A DNA stretch of 61,759 nucleotides, the filler included, from Sphacelaria rigidula (lineage: Eukaryota): NCBI GenBank assembly GCA_964200075.2. It is 8 parts of 8 records of this genome, joined end to end, with 100 filler letters (N's around TTAATTAATTAA, not from the genome) between each part and the next. Parts side by side here need not be neighbours in the genome. Positions count along the whole stretch, not along the records: positions 7,734 to 15,366 come from CAXNAA020014016.1; positions 15,467 to 23,099 come from CAXNAA020014017.1; positions 23,200 to 30,831 come from CAXNAA020014018.1; 5 more parts are not named here. One strand, written 5' to 3'. The notes beneath the pieces were generated by a model, which made no database searches, was not told the origin of the DNA, and worked only from the letters and a program-made list of their open reading frames with translations. Within the stretch, counting starts at the first letter, position 1, and every line of letters begins with the position of its first letter. Positions 12,301 to 23,338 of this stretch are shown in pieces. Made by a program: the position numbers and the translations under genes.

Positions 12301-14207
12301 ACAAAGTTTAGTCACTTCCACCCAGTGCAGCGCAACGAACCAAAGGTAGATGCCTCTGCCAAAGCAGCTTCGGCGAATGTTCATATTCGTACAAGTCAAG
12401 AAGCCTTTGTCTAATATGCCCACCCAACACGCGACCGAAGATCACTGAGACAGCACCAATGTCAGCGCGCTGTCGGGTCTACACACAGACACAACTGGAC
12501 CAAGATTGCATCAACCACCCTTCGCTATAGTGCAGATGCATGGTGCGGCAGTTCGATATCCCGCTTAAAATTTATGCGGAGGAACTCGCCGGGGTTGGGC
12601 GGTAGCCATACCCGTTCAATCCATCTACCGCAGGGGAGGTATGTGGGCCTGATGAGCCTAGGGAGGGTAAGGATGGAGAGGAGTCAGGAAGGATCACATC
12701 GATTTTCCCACCAGTCACCATATTTGCGGATTCAACTTGAATTCTCATGAGCTGAACAACTAACAAAAACAGACACAGGAGCTTCCTTGAGCAACAAGAT
12801 GCTGTTGTAAACCGGTTTCGCTTCTTTGTAACCCTCTTGAGCGAGCTCGAGAAGTACCGCCTAAACCGCCGGACCATGGACAGGATGTTATCGACATGTG
12901 AGGGTCATGATGAAACAGCCGGGCCTGCATGGCACAGATATGGGTTGCGGGTCTGTCGCTGGTTTACCTCTCCTATTACCACCCCGCAGTCGCACCCGTA
13001 CGGCTCCCCATCACGAGGTGTACGAAGAGCTGCCCCCCGGTGCGTTGCTCGTTCCATCCGCCTCGCCCCTTCTATGGTTCGCCGTGGATCCGCCCTTCCC
13101 ACGCTGGGATCTGCCGCGCGTGCTGTCATCTCCGCGGGCATCAGCAGGGGGAGTCGCGCCGGTCGCTGATGAAGGGGTGGGGATACGAAGCGCCACCTTC
13201 CGCTTCGACCGCGGCGGTGGCAGCCGCCGGTGCTTCTCGGCTGTCTGCTTTGGATGACAACAGTCTTTGTCGACGTGCGAGGGAATCTGCCTGTCCCGTA
13301 CCGACGTGAAAGACGCAATTCATCGGTCTCCTGACGCCCGCGATGCCGTGCGTTGGCGCGGAGGCGCATCCATCTCCACGACGGTTGTTTTGTTCAACAA
13401 GAGGTTCGAAGACGCACGTCTTGGTGGTCGCGATGACTGCTGATACCCAGGCGTCCGTTGGGGCATGAAAGTTCAGATGAGCCCCCAGGTTAACACTGAA
13501 CGCTGTTTCAGTGCACGGTGCCGTACTGCTGAAGCTCGCAGCTCTGCGTTCCACGGCCATGCGTCCGCCGTTCTGACCATGCTACTCAAGTACCAGTGCT
13601 ACGAACAGTCACACAATATGCGCCTGATGAAGCTGTATTCCCTCGCGCTACGAGAGTCAACAGTTGGGGGTCAGCAAGCACGCACAAAACTGTAAAGTGA
13701 AATTCGTGACGATTCTGTTGACGTTGAAGGCGTCCGCTGCAAGGGGCGTACTTTGGCCCAGGTGCTGCAAACCGTCGATGGGACCGTACACCGAAGTACT
13801 GTAACAGCAGTCGCAGTTTCGAATCACAACTCCTCATGTGGAGACAAAAACAACCCCAAGGAGCGCACAGAAGGGAAGCTTAAACGTCGGGACTGAGATC
13901 AAGTCGTGTTTAGCTCGCTTACGTACGATCCGCGTGGGAATCGTTGCTGAAATTGAAGAAAACAAAATGTGGTCGAAGTCAGATGTGTAGTCAACCACTG
14001 CACATCAGACGACAGTTTCGATCTTACCCAGTATTCGCTTACTCGGAGGGTGTGGGGTTCTTTATGACGGCTTTTTTGTTGTGTTGACGTGCGTCTTTTT
14101 TTTCCCGGCTAAATACACCGCTTTCTCCTCATGTTTTTTTTTCGCCTTTCTAATTATCATCATCAAACCATCATCACCGGTCGGGTCTTGCCGGACGGAC
14201 GAAATAG

Positions 14208-14303
14208 GAAGCGAAAAAGTTCAAGGCTGCGATGAAAGATCCGGAGTTTCAGTCTATGCTAAGAGACTACATGACAGAGATGCAGGACCCAAAGCAGCGC
14301 GCG
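14208..14303 (+). CDS. DNAAF2: Exon of Kintoun/PF13 (dynein axonemal assembly factor 2, PIH1-domain protein); partial gene
   Basis: ag|EAKKFKAAMKDPEFQSMLRDYMTEMQDPKQRA|gtaag, 96 nt, phase 0. Matches the KTU N-terminal motif AF.DPEF..MF..Y..E..DP..R. Confidence 0.88.
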
Positions 14304-15187
14304 GTAAGAGTTGCGAACCGGCTCGACACGTACCGTGCGGTTGGACGTGTTTGGACAATGCTTGACCGTGGGTCTGAGCGATTGGCCTGTTGTGCCGATG
14401 ATCAAGACAGTCACTTGTATGTGTCGTCAAGTCAACGCCTAATCCATTTGTCGAGTGGGGAGGGTTATCCATGCGTGTGTGTGTGCGCGCGCGCTCGCGA
14501 TGGGCGGTTTGTTTTCGTTTCTCTTTTTAGTAAGGGCGGGATTCCACATCTGCTTTTCGAACGCAGTCGGATGATCGCGGCTAAAGCCTCCGTTGCATTG
14601 TCGAGGATAAATGACCGCGTTCAAATTCATCAAGAATTGAGAGAAAGGGAAAGAAAAAAAAAACGTGCTCTGATCCGTCTCTTTTGGGGGGCAACACTCT
14701 GCGTTTTTGTGTGTTGCATTTGTGTTTGTGTTTTGTGTTTTTGCAGCAATGTCGTTTGGCGATCGCGTGCCAGCCTTGTCTCACCTCCACCGACTCGTAA
14801 ACAAGTTTGTGTGCGGCCGACTCTGTTTTCCGTTCATGTTGTGATGATCTCTTGTAATCTCTTGTCAACATTTTTCAGTGTCAAACTGCGTTTTGTGTGT
14901 CACGTTGTGTTCTGATTTGGATCACCTTCGGGCTTTTCTCCTTTTTTTTTTGTTCTCAAATCCGCCCCCAAGAGGGGGTTGACGGCTTGTGTATGTTTTG
15001 ATTATCCGTGTAGATATCATTTTTCGAACTTTTGTCCGAACCATCCCTTGTGAGCATTCCGCTTTTTCGCGCAACGGTTTGTCTAGAAAACTCTTCTCTC
15101 CATAAAACCGCTTCAACCACGGTGTGGCCTCTTGCGTGCGGACGTCCTTCCGCGTGCTTGCCGGCATCTCCTCTGGGGTTTCGACAG

Positions 15188-15322
15188 GAGCAAGAGGCGT
15201 ATATCTCACAGCTGGAAACTCAACAGCGCGTGCCTGAGGGCAGGGAAGTGGTGCACCCCGTGCCAGGCTTTGTCATCAAGACACGGTTTTCGAGGGAAGG
15301 GAAGGGAGGCGACAGGGAAAAG
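15188..15322 (+). CDS. DNAAF2: Next exon of Kintoun/PF13; start of PIH1 domain; gene truncated by contig end
   Basis: cag|EQEAYISQLETQQRVPEGREVVHPVPGFVIKTRFSREGKGGDREK|gt, 135 nt, in frame with the previous exon. HP.PG.V.KT is the PIH1 start motif. Confidence 0.88.
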
Positions 15323-15366
15323 GTTTGTGCCAAACGCAAGGAATAATTACGTCTTCTCTTCCCCCC

Positions 15367-15466
15367 NNNNNNNNNNNNNNNNNNNNNNNNNNNNNNNNNN
15401 NNNNNNNNNNTTAATTAATTAANNNNNNNNNNNNNNNNNNNNNNNNNNNNNNNNNNNNNNNNNNNN
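15367..15466. other. Artificial contig linker
   Basis: N44-TTAATTAATTAA-N44. Confidence 0.98.
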
Positions 15467-15514
15467 TGGTAGGTGTGGGGATTGGTGGTGGTGACATGGT
15501 AGTGGTGTGGGGGG

Positions 15515-15549
<35 letters not shown>

Positions 15550-15552
<3 letters not shown>

Positions 15553-16800
15553 GAAAATACTCACCATGCGGAGGACTGCAAAGCTACTGTCGATGGGGGA
15601 GAGTGAAAAGATTCTCGCCATAGGTGAACCGAAAACAATACTGGCGACCGGGTAGACTATCATACTGCTGTAAATACGGGAGACTGAAATCAAAACACAC
15701 GAAAGGGGGGGATGTACTCATGACCATGCATGCCATAGTCATGAGACCATTGACCTCGCGGGAAGGGGGAGGGGGTTAAAAAAGCTGACGATAGGGGAGA
15801 CTGTAAAACGTCCTGGTCACAGAGGGGGCTGAAGAAAATACTTCCAGGTAGGGGGGGCTGTACCCTCACTCGCCATGGGGGAGACTGTAAAACTACTGAC
15901 CACAGGGGGGACTGCAACAAATACTTCCAGCAAGGGGGGCGCTGTAAACTCACTCGCCATGGGAGAGACTGTAAAACTGCTGACCACAGGGGGGCTAAAA
16001 AAAATGCTTCCAGCTAGGGGGGGCTGTAAACTCACTCGCCATGGGAGAGACTGTAGAACATCTGACAACAGGGGAGACTGCAAAAAATATCTTCAGCAAG
16101 GCGGGCGCTGTAACCTCACTCGGCATGGGAGAGACTGTAAACCTACTGACCACAGGGGGGCTGAAGAAAATACTTCCAGGTAGGGGGGGCTGTAAACTCA
16201 CTCGCCATGGGGGAGACTGTAAAACTACTGACCACAGGGGGGACTGCGAAAAGTACTTCCAGCAAGGGTGGTGCTGTAGACTCACTCGCCATGGGGGAGG
16301 CTGTAAAACTACTCACCACAAGGGAGACTGTAAAACTACTGACCATAGGGGGAAAAGAAGAAATACTCACGATCGGGGTGACCATCGAACTACTCATCAT
16401 TCGAGGGACTGCGAAAAACTTGCAGCAAGGGGGGGGTGAAGAATACTCGCCACAGGGAGGACTGAAACCTCAATCACGATCAGGGAGACTGTGCAAGTAT
16501 TGACTATAGGGGCGATTGAAGAATACGCACGATAGAGGGGTCGAAAAACTCACCCATAATAAGGGAGACAGGAAAATTCCTCGCCATAGGGGGGACTGGG
16601 AAAAAAATGCTTAGGACAGGGGGGGGTTAAAAATACTCACGTTAGATGGGCCTATACAAGTACTGACCACGGGGGGGGGGCTGAAAACACACTGCGTCGG
16701 GTTAGACTGCAAAACAACTCACCATAGGGCGTCGGGGGGGGGGGCTGCAGAAACACGCACTAAAGGGAGGGGGGGCGGGAGGCAGAAAAACACTTGCGAT
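15550..16800. repeat. Hierarchical minisatellite: ~28-bp monomer, 82/84-bp trimers, 166-bp higher-order unit
   Basis: Conserved ctcactcgccATG anchors at 15875, 15959, 16041, 16125, 16207, 16291 (spacing 84/82/84/82/84). Degenerate ~28-bp monomers (GGGGGnCTGnAAAAnACTnnCCAnn) extend on both sides. Confidence 0.9.
15704..15770 (-). repeat. Copy of the ggtcaatggtc...gagtac dispersed repeat inside the satellite
   Basis: Near-identical to 61596-61650. Contains hairpin ctcatgac..gtcatgag. Confidence 0.75.
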
Positions 16801-16939
16801 ATGGGGGGTTCGTACAAACATTCATGAGAGGGTGGATACGGTATTCATCCCTGACTCGTTCTTCGCAGAAGGCGCTAGTATCGGATATTCGCGGCGGAGT
16901 AACAGCGATGGTCTTCCTGGACACAGCAACACAGCTCAC

Positions 16940-17204
16940 GAGGAGGTGCCACAAAATATCCACTGCGTCTGCTGGGCTTTCCGCCAATATCTGGAAGACG
17001 TGCGCGTACATGACGCCGTCCGAAGTGAACAGGCCCGTGACTCCCGCCGTCGACCGCGATGGTCTCCCGATGAACAACTTCGCGCATTTCCCGATGGTCT
17101 TCGCGCATTTCCCGATGGTCTTCGCGCATTTCCCGATGGTCTCTAAGTCTGCCGACTTCCACAGCTCTTCGAAGCACTCGATGAGGGCGGTCTTGTTGGG
17201 ATGA
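16940..17204 (-). pseudogene. Candidate KDZ (Kyakuja-Dileera-Zisupton)/HMGXB3-like transposase exon
   Basis: ccacag|..HPNKTALIECFEELWKSADLE(TIGKCAK)3LFIGRPSRSTAGVTGLFTSDGVMYAHVFQILAESPADAVDILWHLL|gtgagc. Resembles the KDZ core motif GG...CPHG..Y...F.L.AESP.D..D.L. Confidence 0.5.
17078..17142. repeat. In-frame 21-bp tandem triplication (cttcgcgcatttcccgatggt x3)
   Basis: Three perfect copies; encodes TIGKCAK x3 on the minus strand. Confidence 0.95.
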
Positions 17205-17455
17205 CTGTGGAAACGCCGACCATGGGGTTTAAATGGAGCGCTTCAGACATATGAGCATGCAATCGCACTGCAATCTTAGTTTCACCCTCATCTACGCGTA
17301 CACAGCCACTCCACATGTACGGTACGAAAGCGGCGGAGTGAGTACCGCAGGGTTGGTGTTACCTACTCATTAGTCTGACCTGCTGATACCCTTGCCGCCG
17401 CCAAAGCATAGCCGGTATATGTTCCTCAGGTCGTCCGTTAGGGTTAATCGCTTCT

Positions 17456-17882
17456 TACAGACTGAAAAAAGTCTCTGAGAAAAGTCGTTTTGGTCAGTTT
17501 CCAGATACTTGTTTCAGGGCGCGACCTTACAGGGCCATTTTCCATGAAAAACGTCTTTGAAAACTGGCCAAAATTCCCACACAGCGGGATTTTTTCCAAA
17601 CCGACTGAGAACAGTGCTCCAGCAGGGTTCCGTTGTGCATTGCCGTACATCACCCCTCGAGTACAGTGAATTGCCGGTTTTTTCGCCCCCGATTTGGTCC
17701 AAATCGGTGTCCATAGAAAGCGTTCCCCGTTTTTCTCCCCCCCCCGATGCTCGAAGAAAACGAGATTGGTGACTGCCATACCAATGGGTCAAAGGGTGGT
17801 TTTGAAAACTAATATATCTGGATAACGTCTCCGAGACAAGTCGTCGGAAACGACCTTTTTCAGACACTTTTTTCAGTCTATA
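17456..17882. mobile_element. MITE (~425 bp) with TA duplication, Tc1/mariner-type
   Basis: ~35-bp TIRs ta-cagactgaaaaaagtctctgagaaaagtcgttt / aaacgacctttttcagacacttttttcagtcta-ta. Confidence 0.85.
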
Positions 17883-17900
17883 CGGCGGCTAGTACAATTT

Positions 17901-18203
17901 TGTATGGTAACCAATCCGTATCTGTACAAATATGAGCATTTCCACCCGTTTACAGGCGGTTTTCTCCCGTGGATTGATTTGAGCCGATCGGGAGGAGAGA
18001 TGCGGGAGTCGCCCGGTCTGACCAGAAAGGTGACAAATCAAAAGTCGACGTCCACATCGGAGAATTGACTTGGTTTTCTCACAGGTAGCCGGGACAACAT
18101 GGGCCAACCGACTGGGGTCCGAAAAATCAATCCACGGGAGGAAATCGCCTGTAAACGGGCTGACATGCTCATATTTGTACGAATACGGATTGGTTTCCAT
18201 ACA
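17901..18203. mobile_element. MITE with long (~80 bp) TIRs
   Basis: tgtatggtaaccaatccgtatctgtacaaatatgagcat... is inverted at ...atgctcatatttgtacgaatacggattggtttccataca. Related to 23572-24030. Confidence 0.85.
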
Positions 18204-19364
18204 CAGTAGTGGTCGACGGTCCACTCAAGGATCAGAAGCTCCCATCTACGACGTCCATGTGAAACGTTGGCTCAAATTTCTTTACATTCTACTGCTTATT
18301 TCCTGGTGTCGTACAGCAGTGTGTTCCCGACCGCGGGTATGACCAATGGGTTACCAACGAAAGCACTACACTAAAACAGAGAAAAGTAGCTTGCAGGTTG
18401 GCAAACTGGCTGTATAGGCATAGGATAAACAAAAAAAGTTGCAACGGGGGCAATCGAGCAGCAGTGAGACGTTTTAGCAGCAGGCTGTGCTGCATTTCCC
18501 AGATATATGCTTGCCTCCGCCCGGTTCGTTCAACTTGACATATTATCATGTGCTTGACAAAGGGAGCAAGGTCAGCTTTGAGATTGGCTCACCTCAACTG
18601 CTCGAGTCCAAATGCCACCAGTTATCTACGCTCAGCTGTGACTTCTGCAGTGTAGCATAGGTGGCACCATGGAATGCGCAATAATGCGTTACTGCTGCTG
18701 TCTACGTGTACTGCCGCGGCGGTGTAGTACCCTTCCTTTGCAGCGCAACCTCGAACACGCGAGGCGGGAACTCAGAGCAAAAATTGCGCGAAAATATAGC
18801 TCACCATGGTCGCAGTTAAATTTGCCCTTCCTCGGGGAGCCTGTCCTTGGCATGAGGCCTCTGCTCTGAGCTGCGCCGGCGCACTCTTCGCAATCGTTCT
18901 ATTTTTCCCTTGTCTTCGATCTCGGCCGTGAATGGTATGGTTTGGTGTGACAGTATCGCACGCGGAGCTAACATGCGATGCTGCTCTCAATGGTAGACGG
19001 GTGCTATTGGGGGTGTGACCGCCGTGGATCGGCCGTTTGGATATTTTGGTTAGAACCAACTGAGTGAGAGCACAAAAATACTCCGGGGTCGCCGGGGTCA
19101 TTCAGAATGACAGCAGAACAATAGCCCGGTGATCTGGAAATAGTTCTTTGAGAATCCAAGAAGTAGAGAGGTACGAAACGCATGACAATCGCCAGAAATG
19201 TATTTATTTCCTGTCAATCATTGTTTACGTACAAATCCTCAGGTCTACTGTTTTTTTGGGGGATCGCCCCAACAACAACCAGTTTTGAGTCTTATCGACA
19301 AGCAGTTTCGCATTCGTCGGACGAGTCATCACTCGTCGAGACGAGTGCAGTCGTGGATGTTTTT

Positions 19365-19780
19365 CGAAAACACAACGAGCATTACTCCTGCGCTCCAGTC
19401 ATTACTTTTTTTTACAACGAGCAATGACTCGTGTGCTCAAGTCATCACCTTTTTCCACAACGAGCAATGACTCGAGTGTTTGCCCTATTCATTTGTTTCC
19501 ACAACGAGCGATGGCTCGAGTGCTCGCCCTAATAATTTTTTGCACAACGAGCGACGTATCGAGTGCTCGCCCTATTCGTTTTTTCCACAACGAGCAATGA
19601 CTCGAGTACTCGCCCTATTCATTGTTTGCACAACGAGCAATGACTCGAGTGCTCGCCCTATTCATTTTTTGCACAACGAGCAATGACTCGAGTGCTCGCG
19701 CTCGAGTCATTCACTTTTTCACGTGGTATGACTCGTTTGCTTGAGTCATCTATTTCTTGATCACGAGCAATGACTCTCAT
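19365..19780. repeat. 43-bp tandem array (~8-9 copies), probable subterminal repeats of the adjacent hAT element
   Basis: Unit acaacgagcaatgactcgagtgctcgccctattcattttttcc, with starts near 19372, 19414, 19457, 19501, 19544, 19587, 19629, 19673. Each unit contains the dyad cgagca..ctcgag..tgctcg. Confidence 0.9.
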
Positions 19781-20342
19781 GCTGGCGTCTTTTGTGGACA
19801 ACCCAACGATCAATCATCAATCACTGAAGCGATGGACGAGTGAGGCGCGAGACATGGTGGAAGCCTGGTGAAACAACGGTATGATTTGGTAATATTGTGA
19901 TCACTACAAATCGTACTCTTCCCCACCATCGTGTGTTTGCAGCAGGTCTCCATTTATGTTATTTTCAAGGAAAATGATCAATAAGGCCCCTACAGCATCA
20001 TTTTGACGAAAAAATAACACAAATGGACACCTAGCGCAAACACACGATCGTAGGGAAAAGGGTATCAAGAGGAATACGTACCCTTTTCAAATCGATCATT
20101 GCTCTTCAAGAGAAATGGGGGCGCAGAGACCTACCTGGACGAGACAACCGTGGCTCCGTTCACCACAAAACCATTTAGTAAAATAACCAAGACATCTGTC
20201 AAGGAGTCTATGTCTTGGCTTCTTCTACCCCCGCCCCAGCCCCTGAGGTGTCCGCCCCTGACGGAAATACATCTCTCTCGTCTTCGGCTCCCGCGACGAT
20301 GTATACATCCAACGCGTCAAGTTCCGCCACTCGCGCAGGCAA

Positions 20343-20609
20343 CTACTTGAACACCTGTGTTTGCGGGATTTCCGGGATGTAATTTTGGATGCTGTCGTAG
20401 TTCAGGTTGAGATACATCAATATCTCAGCATAGACGGCGTCGAAGCGAGAGCGCTGCGGAGTGAGCATATGTCCCGTACTGCTGAAGTCCCGCTCGATAG
20501 CGGCCGCTGTAGCAGGGTGGCCGAACACAGATCTCGCTACATGTGACAGCCAGCGGAACTCCTTAGTGCCGTAGTCTCTCCACCATTTCAGCGCGTCCTC
20601 AAACGGCAC
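20343..20609 (-). pseudogene. hAT transposase C-terminal dimerisation domain exon
   Basis: ccacag|VPFEDALKWWRDYGTKEFRWLSHVARSVFGHPATAAAIERDFSSTGHMLTPQRSR: canonical WW...P.L..hA....PA.S...ER.FS..G......RSRL pattern. Confidence 0.92.
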
Positions 20610-21169
20610 CTGTGGCAGAGGTACGAATTGTGGGCATGTCGATGACGTGATCGCGGTTCAGTCGCCAATTATTGCAGTCATTAATTTATTGACTTAAGTA
20701 ATTAGCTAACTTGCATAAGTAGTTGCTAAATCAAGCTAAACGCATCTATCTGCACCGCCAATTTGCGTCCACTGTACGTCGCATCTTATGGTGGCAGAGA
20801 GGGCCAACAATCAAAGGCGCTACCTCGCTCAAGTCGCTCCAGAAGGGCTATTTATTGAGTGTTTCTTAATATGAAGGAAAAAAAATCCTGTGATCGCCCA
20901 AGGGGGCGGGTGGGATGTGGGATGTGGGAGGAGCACGGGGTCTGAGATTTTTTTGGGCACCCTTGGGAGGACTAGTATGTACTATATTTGGTGGTCCTCT
21001 CTCGATTGTTTCACAATTTTCATTGGCGAGGCGGCGTGTATTTTTTTCCCCCTCTTTCGTCGCTGAGGGGAGTATGAAGCATGATTGAAGCGAAGCGACA
21101 TGCTACAAAATGAAAACAAGACCGGGCACACTGCTCTCACTACTCATACTTCCGTCTTGCTACGCTTAC

Positions 21170-21511
21170 CGCGAGGTCGGAGCTGCGGAGGCTCCATTCT
21201 TCGACCCAGAACACCCTCACGCCCAAATAAGCTCTCCCCGATCCCTCGTCGTCCCATTTGTCCACGTTGAGGTGAACGCATGGCAGGCACGCCTTGTCCG
21301 CGAGGTTTCGCAGCCTTCCCGTCTCGTCCGCCTTCGTCGCCGAGTACGTCTCGAGGAGTACATGTTTCACCCCTTTCGCACTAAGATGCGGCGTCGGTTC
21401 CGACCTGCCTTCAGGGTCCATCATCATCGCTGCGTGATTGTGTCACACATCCTTGTCCTTGACATGAACGGCAGGAACCTCTTCACCAGAACGCGTGCTA
21501 GCATCACGTGC
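21170..21511 (-). pseudogene. hAT transposase exon with first catalytic Asp
   Basis: HVMLARVLVKRFLPF (frameshift/stop) ...CVHLNVDKWDDEGSGRAYLGVRVFWVEEWSLRSSDLA|gtaagc. Matches hAT hxhDxW....YhgV..HWh..W. Confidence 0.8.
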
Positions 21512-21616
21512 CTGTATCTGCCGTCACGTCCGACACAGAGATATGTAATTGGGAGAGGAATCGTTCATGTCATATTCGAGAATAAACGGAAAATGGTGAT
21601 ACTCAAAATGGTGATG

Positions 21617-22180
21617 ATATACAGTACAGTGATACCCCCTGGTAGGCGGCATATTTCAAACACAGTTTGTCAAGAAATGATACGACATACAGACAGCACA
21701 ACTGTAGCGTAACGTGTTTGGTGGTACTCACGCAACGGTAGTACAGCAAGTTATCGGAGGTGCCGCATCCCAAACACACGCATGTTGTGTTTACGGTGCA
21801 AAATTGCCATCACCTCATGGCCTCGTGGCCAGCACAATACAGTACAGTACAGTACAGTGCATGGCACACATGGTTCTCCTCGATACCAAATATTATATAC
21901 TTCGTGCTCGTGTACAAACAGATTCGTAAATTTTGAATGTTGAATTTTGAATTTGAAATCTGTGCATATGCACACCACAGTAGTGTTGTCGGGTGCTCTG
22001 TAAGAATAATATACAGTACAGTGATACTTCCTGGTCGATGGCATATTTCAAACACAGTTTGTCAAATAAGAAATGATGCGACATACAGACAGCACGACTG
22101 CAGCGTAACGTGTTTGGTGGTACTCACGCAACGGTAGTACAGCATGTTGTCGGAGGTACCGCATCCCAAACACACACATG
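21617..22180. repeat. ~170-bp direct duplication (21617-21784 and 22009-22180) within hAT intron
   Basis: atatacagtacagtgatac...ccgcatcccaaacacac.catg present twice with few mismatches. Confidence 0.9.
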
Positions 22181-22364
22181 GCACTACAGACGTACACTAG
22201 CAGTACAATAGTCAACACAAACACAGCACGACTTCTGCGCTTTTGCTTGTAATTTCACACATGCCCACACAAACGTATGTATTTTTGATTGTATCACAAA
22301 GCAGTACCGCTGCAGTTCATACTGTATACGAACACACATATAGCAATACAGGCTGAATAGTTCA

Positions 22365-22465
22365 GTGTGTGTGTTGTCGTCTCAACTCTTCTGGACGCCG
22401 GTCTACACCTTTCGGTTTATGTGGCCGCACCAGCCGCGGGGTCACACAGGAGGAAGGCCAACTCA
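22365..22465 (-). mobile_element. 3' tail fragment of SINE family A inside hAT intron
   Basis: Reverse match to 645-750. A shorter piece is at 27845-27870. Confidence 0.6.
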
Positions 22466-22530
22466 TCAACAACAGCCAGTATTTTTGGTTGAATCACAAA
22501 GCAGTACAACTGCATTTCATATGAAAATAC

Positions 22531-22925
22531 CTATGTGCCCCCATCTTGAAAAAGTTGGACTTTGTGGCGGCTTCAAGCCTATCGCAGGCCTCTGCCTTCG
22601 TTGCCTTGATTTTTTGTCCCCTGGTTGACTGCAGCCCGTGCGTACCAGCGAGATGCCTGCCCCAGTTGGTGTTGGCCCCAGTCCAAGCCCTCAATTCCAC
22701 CTCCTTCTCGCACTCGGCAGTGGCGAGGCAGATCCACGCCGCCTGCTGTGACTGCTCGTGAATGACCTTGACCCCCGCGAACCAAATCAGCGATGTTGCG
22801 CCGGGAGGTATATTTACCTTGCGGTACCCGTGTGGGGCCTCAAACGCCTGGACACGTTGCCGCACATCCTCAGGCACGTCGTCCGGACAAAGTGCCGCCT
22901 TCACCTCGTCTGGCACCAAACGGCA
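22531..22925 (-). pseudogene. hAT transposase N-terminal BED-like zinc finger exon
   Basis: SLIWF...AWICLATAEC...GANTNWGRHLAGTHG. Phase-2 donor joins in frame to the exon starting at 21511. Confidence 0.75.
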
Positions 22926-23099
22926 CTGCTATTTTTTGTGAGTGTAAATATACTAGTCTTCTCGACAGGTACTCTACGCCGCTTCATGTGAACTGTGATT
23001 TGTGTCTGTGGGGGGGGCGTACTCATTACTCATTTGTTGCTTGCCTTAGTCATTTGACCATTGACCACGCATCCCTTTCGAGACGGAGCACCGTTCCTA

Positions 23100-23199
23100 N
23101 NNNNNNNNNNNNNNNNNNNNNNNNNNNNNNNNNNNNNNNNNNNTTAATTAATTAANNNNNNNNNNNNNNNNNNNNNNNNNNNNNNNNNNNNNNNNNNNN
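23100..23199. other. Artificial contig linker
   Basis: N44-TTAATTAATTAA-N44. Confidence 0.98.
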
Positions 23200-23231
23200 T
23201 TCTAATGTAGGTTCAATTCCTACTGGGCTAA
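23200..23231 (+). tRNA. 3' fragment of an organellar (plastid-type) tRNA, possibly Arg-UCU; truncated by contig start
   Basis: T-arm gtagg-ttcaatt-cctac followed by acceptor strand tgggcta. Anticodon is not in the contig, so identity is inferred. Confidence 0.55.
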
Positions 23232-23338
23232 AAGAATATCTAAAAAGATAATAAGTATTAATGTATTTAGTATGTAATTTTATTAATTGTTCAAAGCTTT
23301 TCAGTTTAATATTTAGAAAATATTTAGAAAAGAAAAAG

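Larger units (their letters stand above)
20208..22925 (-). mobile_element. hAT DNA transposon, intron-containing transposase pseudogene with internal deletion
   Basis: BED-type finger exon, first catalytic-D exon and C-terminal dimerisation exon in the correct order with GT-AG junctions. Frameshift/stop near 21440-21470; most of the central domain is missing. Confidence 0.88.

Noticed and set aside
12572..13700. GC-rich ORFs upstream of DNAAF2 as a divergent gene
   Set aside because: No domain recognised and no consistent frame or splice model.
15690..16503. Repetitive ORFs (MGETVKLLTTGG...) as a protein gene
   Set aside because: The 82-bp and 166-bp periods are not multiples of three, so frames shift between units; the ORFs are by-products of the satellite.
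19365..19780. CRISPR array
   Set aside because: Units are contiguous 43-bp near-copies with no unique spacers; no cas genes; eukaryotic context.
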